Shown here piece by piece: positions 14,855 through 16,361 of a stretch of DNA of 16,361 bases. Positions within the stretch are counted from its first letter, which is position 1. Every line of letters starts with the position of its first letter. Source of the DNA: Gemmatimonadota bacterium (GTDB lineage: Bacteria > Gemmatimonadota > Gemmatimonadetes > Gemmatimonadales > GWC2-71-9); contig JAZDCZ010000221.1 of assembly GCA_036679605.1 (NCBI GenBank), positions 1 to 16,361 of the forward strand, read 5' to 3'. Made by a program: the position numbers and the translations under genes. The notes beneath the pieces are model-generated. The model saw only the letters and a program-made list of their open reading frames with translations. It did not search any database and had not been told where the DNA came from.

Positions 14855-16114
14855 ATGCACCATTCACTGCGTACTTTCTTGGCCCTGGCGGTCCTGGCAG
14901 TTGCTGTTGATGTAAAGGCCGAGGAAAGAGCCATCAGTCATGACGAACTGATTGACAAGCTGTCCGGGTTTTGGATTGGGCAGATCCTCGGAAACTACAT
15001 AGGTTTTCCATTTGAAAACAACTACATCGAAGAACCTGTCCCCATCTTCGTAGATCGAGTCTACACCGCCAAGTACAAAGGTGAGCCGGCACTCAAGCTC
15101 AATCGTGACGACTTGCGCGGCCACGTCCCTATCCTTTGTGATGCCCTACATGGTGCTTTCAGCGATGATGATACCGATATCGAATTCGTTACGTTACACG
15201 CCGTAGAAAAATATGGTCTGGACATCACATATCCGGAGATCACCCGGATGTGGAAGACCCATATCAATGACTACATCTGGGTGGCAAACCGGGAAGCTCG
15301 GAACCTGATGGACAAGGGATTCATAGCACCGGATACGGGACGAAAGCACACGAACAAACATTGGTTCCAGATCGACTCGCAACTGGTCAACGAGATCTGG
15401 AGCGGCTTCTATCCCGGCATGACAGGACAGGCAGCCCGGCGAGCATTGTGGGGTGCCCGGATTACCAACGATGATTGGGGTACTCACCCGACCATTGCCT
15501 ACGGCGTCATGATTAGCGCGGCGTTCTTTGAAGATGACGTGGAGCGCCTGGTCCAGATGGCCATCGAAGCCGTTCCCAACGAGGGGCCGTACGCCGAGGG
15601 AATACGTGACGTCGTGGTGTGGCACAAGGCGTATGACGATTGGCGCGAGACGCGGAAGAGAATCCACGATAAATACTACGAATACGACAATGGTACCTAC
15701 ACAGCGCCGGTAAGCTGCGTCTCCTCGCTACAGAACGGTTTGTGTGGGATCATGGCCCTTCTTTATGGCGAAGGGGACTTCATGAGAACGGTCGGAATCG
15801 CCACTTCCGCGGGCTACGATTGCGACAACCAGGCGGCTACTTGCGGCGGGTTGATAGGAGTGCTCAGCGGTCTCAGTGGCATCGGAGACGCTGCGACGAG
15901 CATTACACTGAACATTCCATCGCGTCGATCCTGGAAGAAACCGTTTAATGACCTGTATGTCAACACCACTCGCGATGGATTACCGATACGCACACCGATC
16001 AGCAGCATTGTGGAGCGCATTGCCGCCATTGCAAGGATCGCCATTCTGGAGAACGGCGGTCGTATGGAATTGCGCGACGGCGAGCCGACCTATATCATCA
16101 ACTGTGATTTCTGA
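14855..16114 (+). CDS. Secreted ADP-ribosylglycohydrolase (DraG/ARH) family protein
   Basis: Signal peptide (FLALAVLAVAVDVKA-EE) and DKLSGFWIGQILGNYIG (a variant of GDALG). Metal-binding motifs SDDDTD and GYDCDNQAATCGGLIG are present, along with ALLYGEGDF. Confidence 0.88.
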   Translation: MHHSLRTFLALAVLAVAVDVKAEERAISHDELIDKLSGFWIGQILGNYIGFPFENNYIEEPVPIFVDRVYTAKYKGEPALKLNRDDLRGHVPILCDALHGAFSDDDTDIEFVTLHAVEKYGLDITYPEITRMWKTHINDYIWVANREARNLMDKGFIAPDTGRKHTNKHWFQIDSQLVNEIWSGFYPGMTGQAARRALWGARITNDDWGTHPTIAYGVMISAAFFEDDVERLVQMAIEAVPNEGPYAEGIRDVVVWHKAYDDWRETRKRIHDKYYEYDNGTYTAPVSCVSSLQNGLCGIMALLYGEGDFMRTVGIATSAGYDCDNQAATCGGLIGVLSGLSGIGDAATSITLNIPSRRSWKKPFNDLYVNTTRDGLPIRTPISSIVERIAAIARIAILENGGRMELRDGEPTYIINCDF

Positions 16115-16189
16115 GTCAGCGGGGCCGAAAAGCGTTACGGCCTGATCATACGGCACATTTACCGACAGGCAGATCGCACCGTTTTGTCG

Positions 16190-16211
16190 AGACGGTTCCC
16201 TCGACATGCCC
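16190..16211. repeat. Hairpin between convergent genes (approximate position)
   Basis: TGTCGAG-ACGGTTCC-CTCGACA, preceded by a short T-run on the + strand. It may act as a terminator. Confidence 0.25.
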
Positions 16212-16253
16212 TGCCGTCCGATCCGTCGCCGCCAGGTGATCCATGAAGCCTGA

Positions 16254-16361
16254 TCAGCCGCTAAACGCCGCCTGGAACTCAGCGAAATCTGCCAAGTCGA
16301 TGTCGTCTTCGGTGTCGAAGTCGAACACATCCAGGCAATCCCGTGACGGTGTGGTAAAGCT
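16254..16361 (-). CDS. 3' end of a secreted protein with a C-terminal EF-hand/dockerin-like module (partial)
   Basis: Manual translation gives SFTTPSRDCLDVFDFDTEDDIDLADFAEFQAAFSG*, with the stop at 16256-16254. This is the same module type as the C-terminus of 2921-5242. Confidence 0.8.
   Translation of the reverse strand, partial: SFTTPSRDCLDVFDFDTEDDIDLADFAEFQAAFSG

Noticed and set aside
1..16361. CRISPR array, rRNA or long tandem repeats
   Set aside because: No regularly spaced repeats, cas genes or rRNA-like sequence were seen on reading.

Overview
GC-rich bacterial DNA, probably from a planctomycete (Phycisphaerae-like). This is inferred from two C-terminal DxDGDxDxDLxDF EF-hand/dockerin-like modules and a GACC Cys-rich motif. 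The left end holds the 5' end of a membrane-protein gene, a membrane-anchored SGNH-hydrolase/TPR gene, a Rossmann-motif gene remnant and tRNA-Arg(UCU) on the minus strand. To the right of the tRNA is an accessory-looking region. It contains a 77-bp IS3-like miniature element, a secreted multidomain alpha/beta-hydrolase with a highly structured 5' leader, an IS1380-type transposase remnant and a basic nucleoid-protein-like gene. It ends in a run of exported enzymes: a lipoprotein-like NADAR with a remodelled active site, a metallophosphoesterase-EEP fusion, a GH13 with an inserted domain, a GH97 and an ADP-ribosylglycohydrolase. The leading hypothesis is an extracytoplasmic ADP-ribose/nucleotide-sugar processing cluster, but this is inference only. 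All family calls come from motif recognition by eye, with no database searches.
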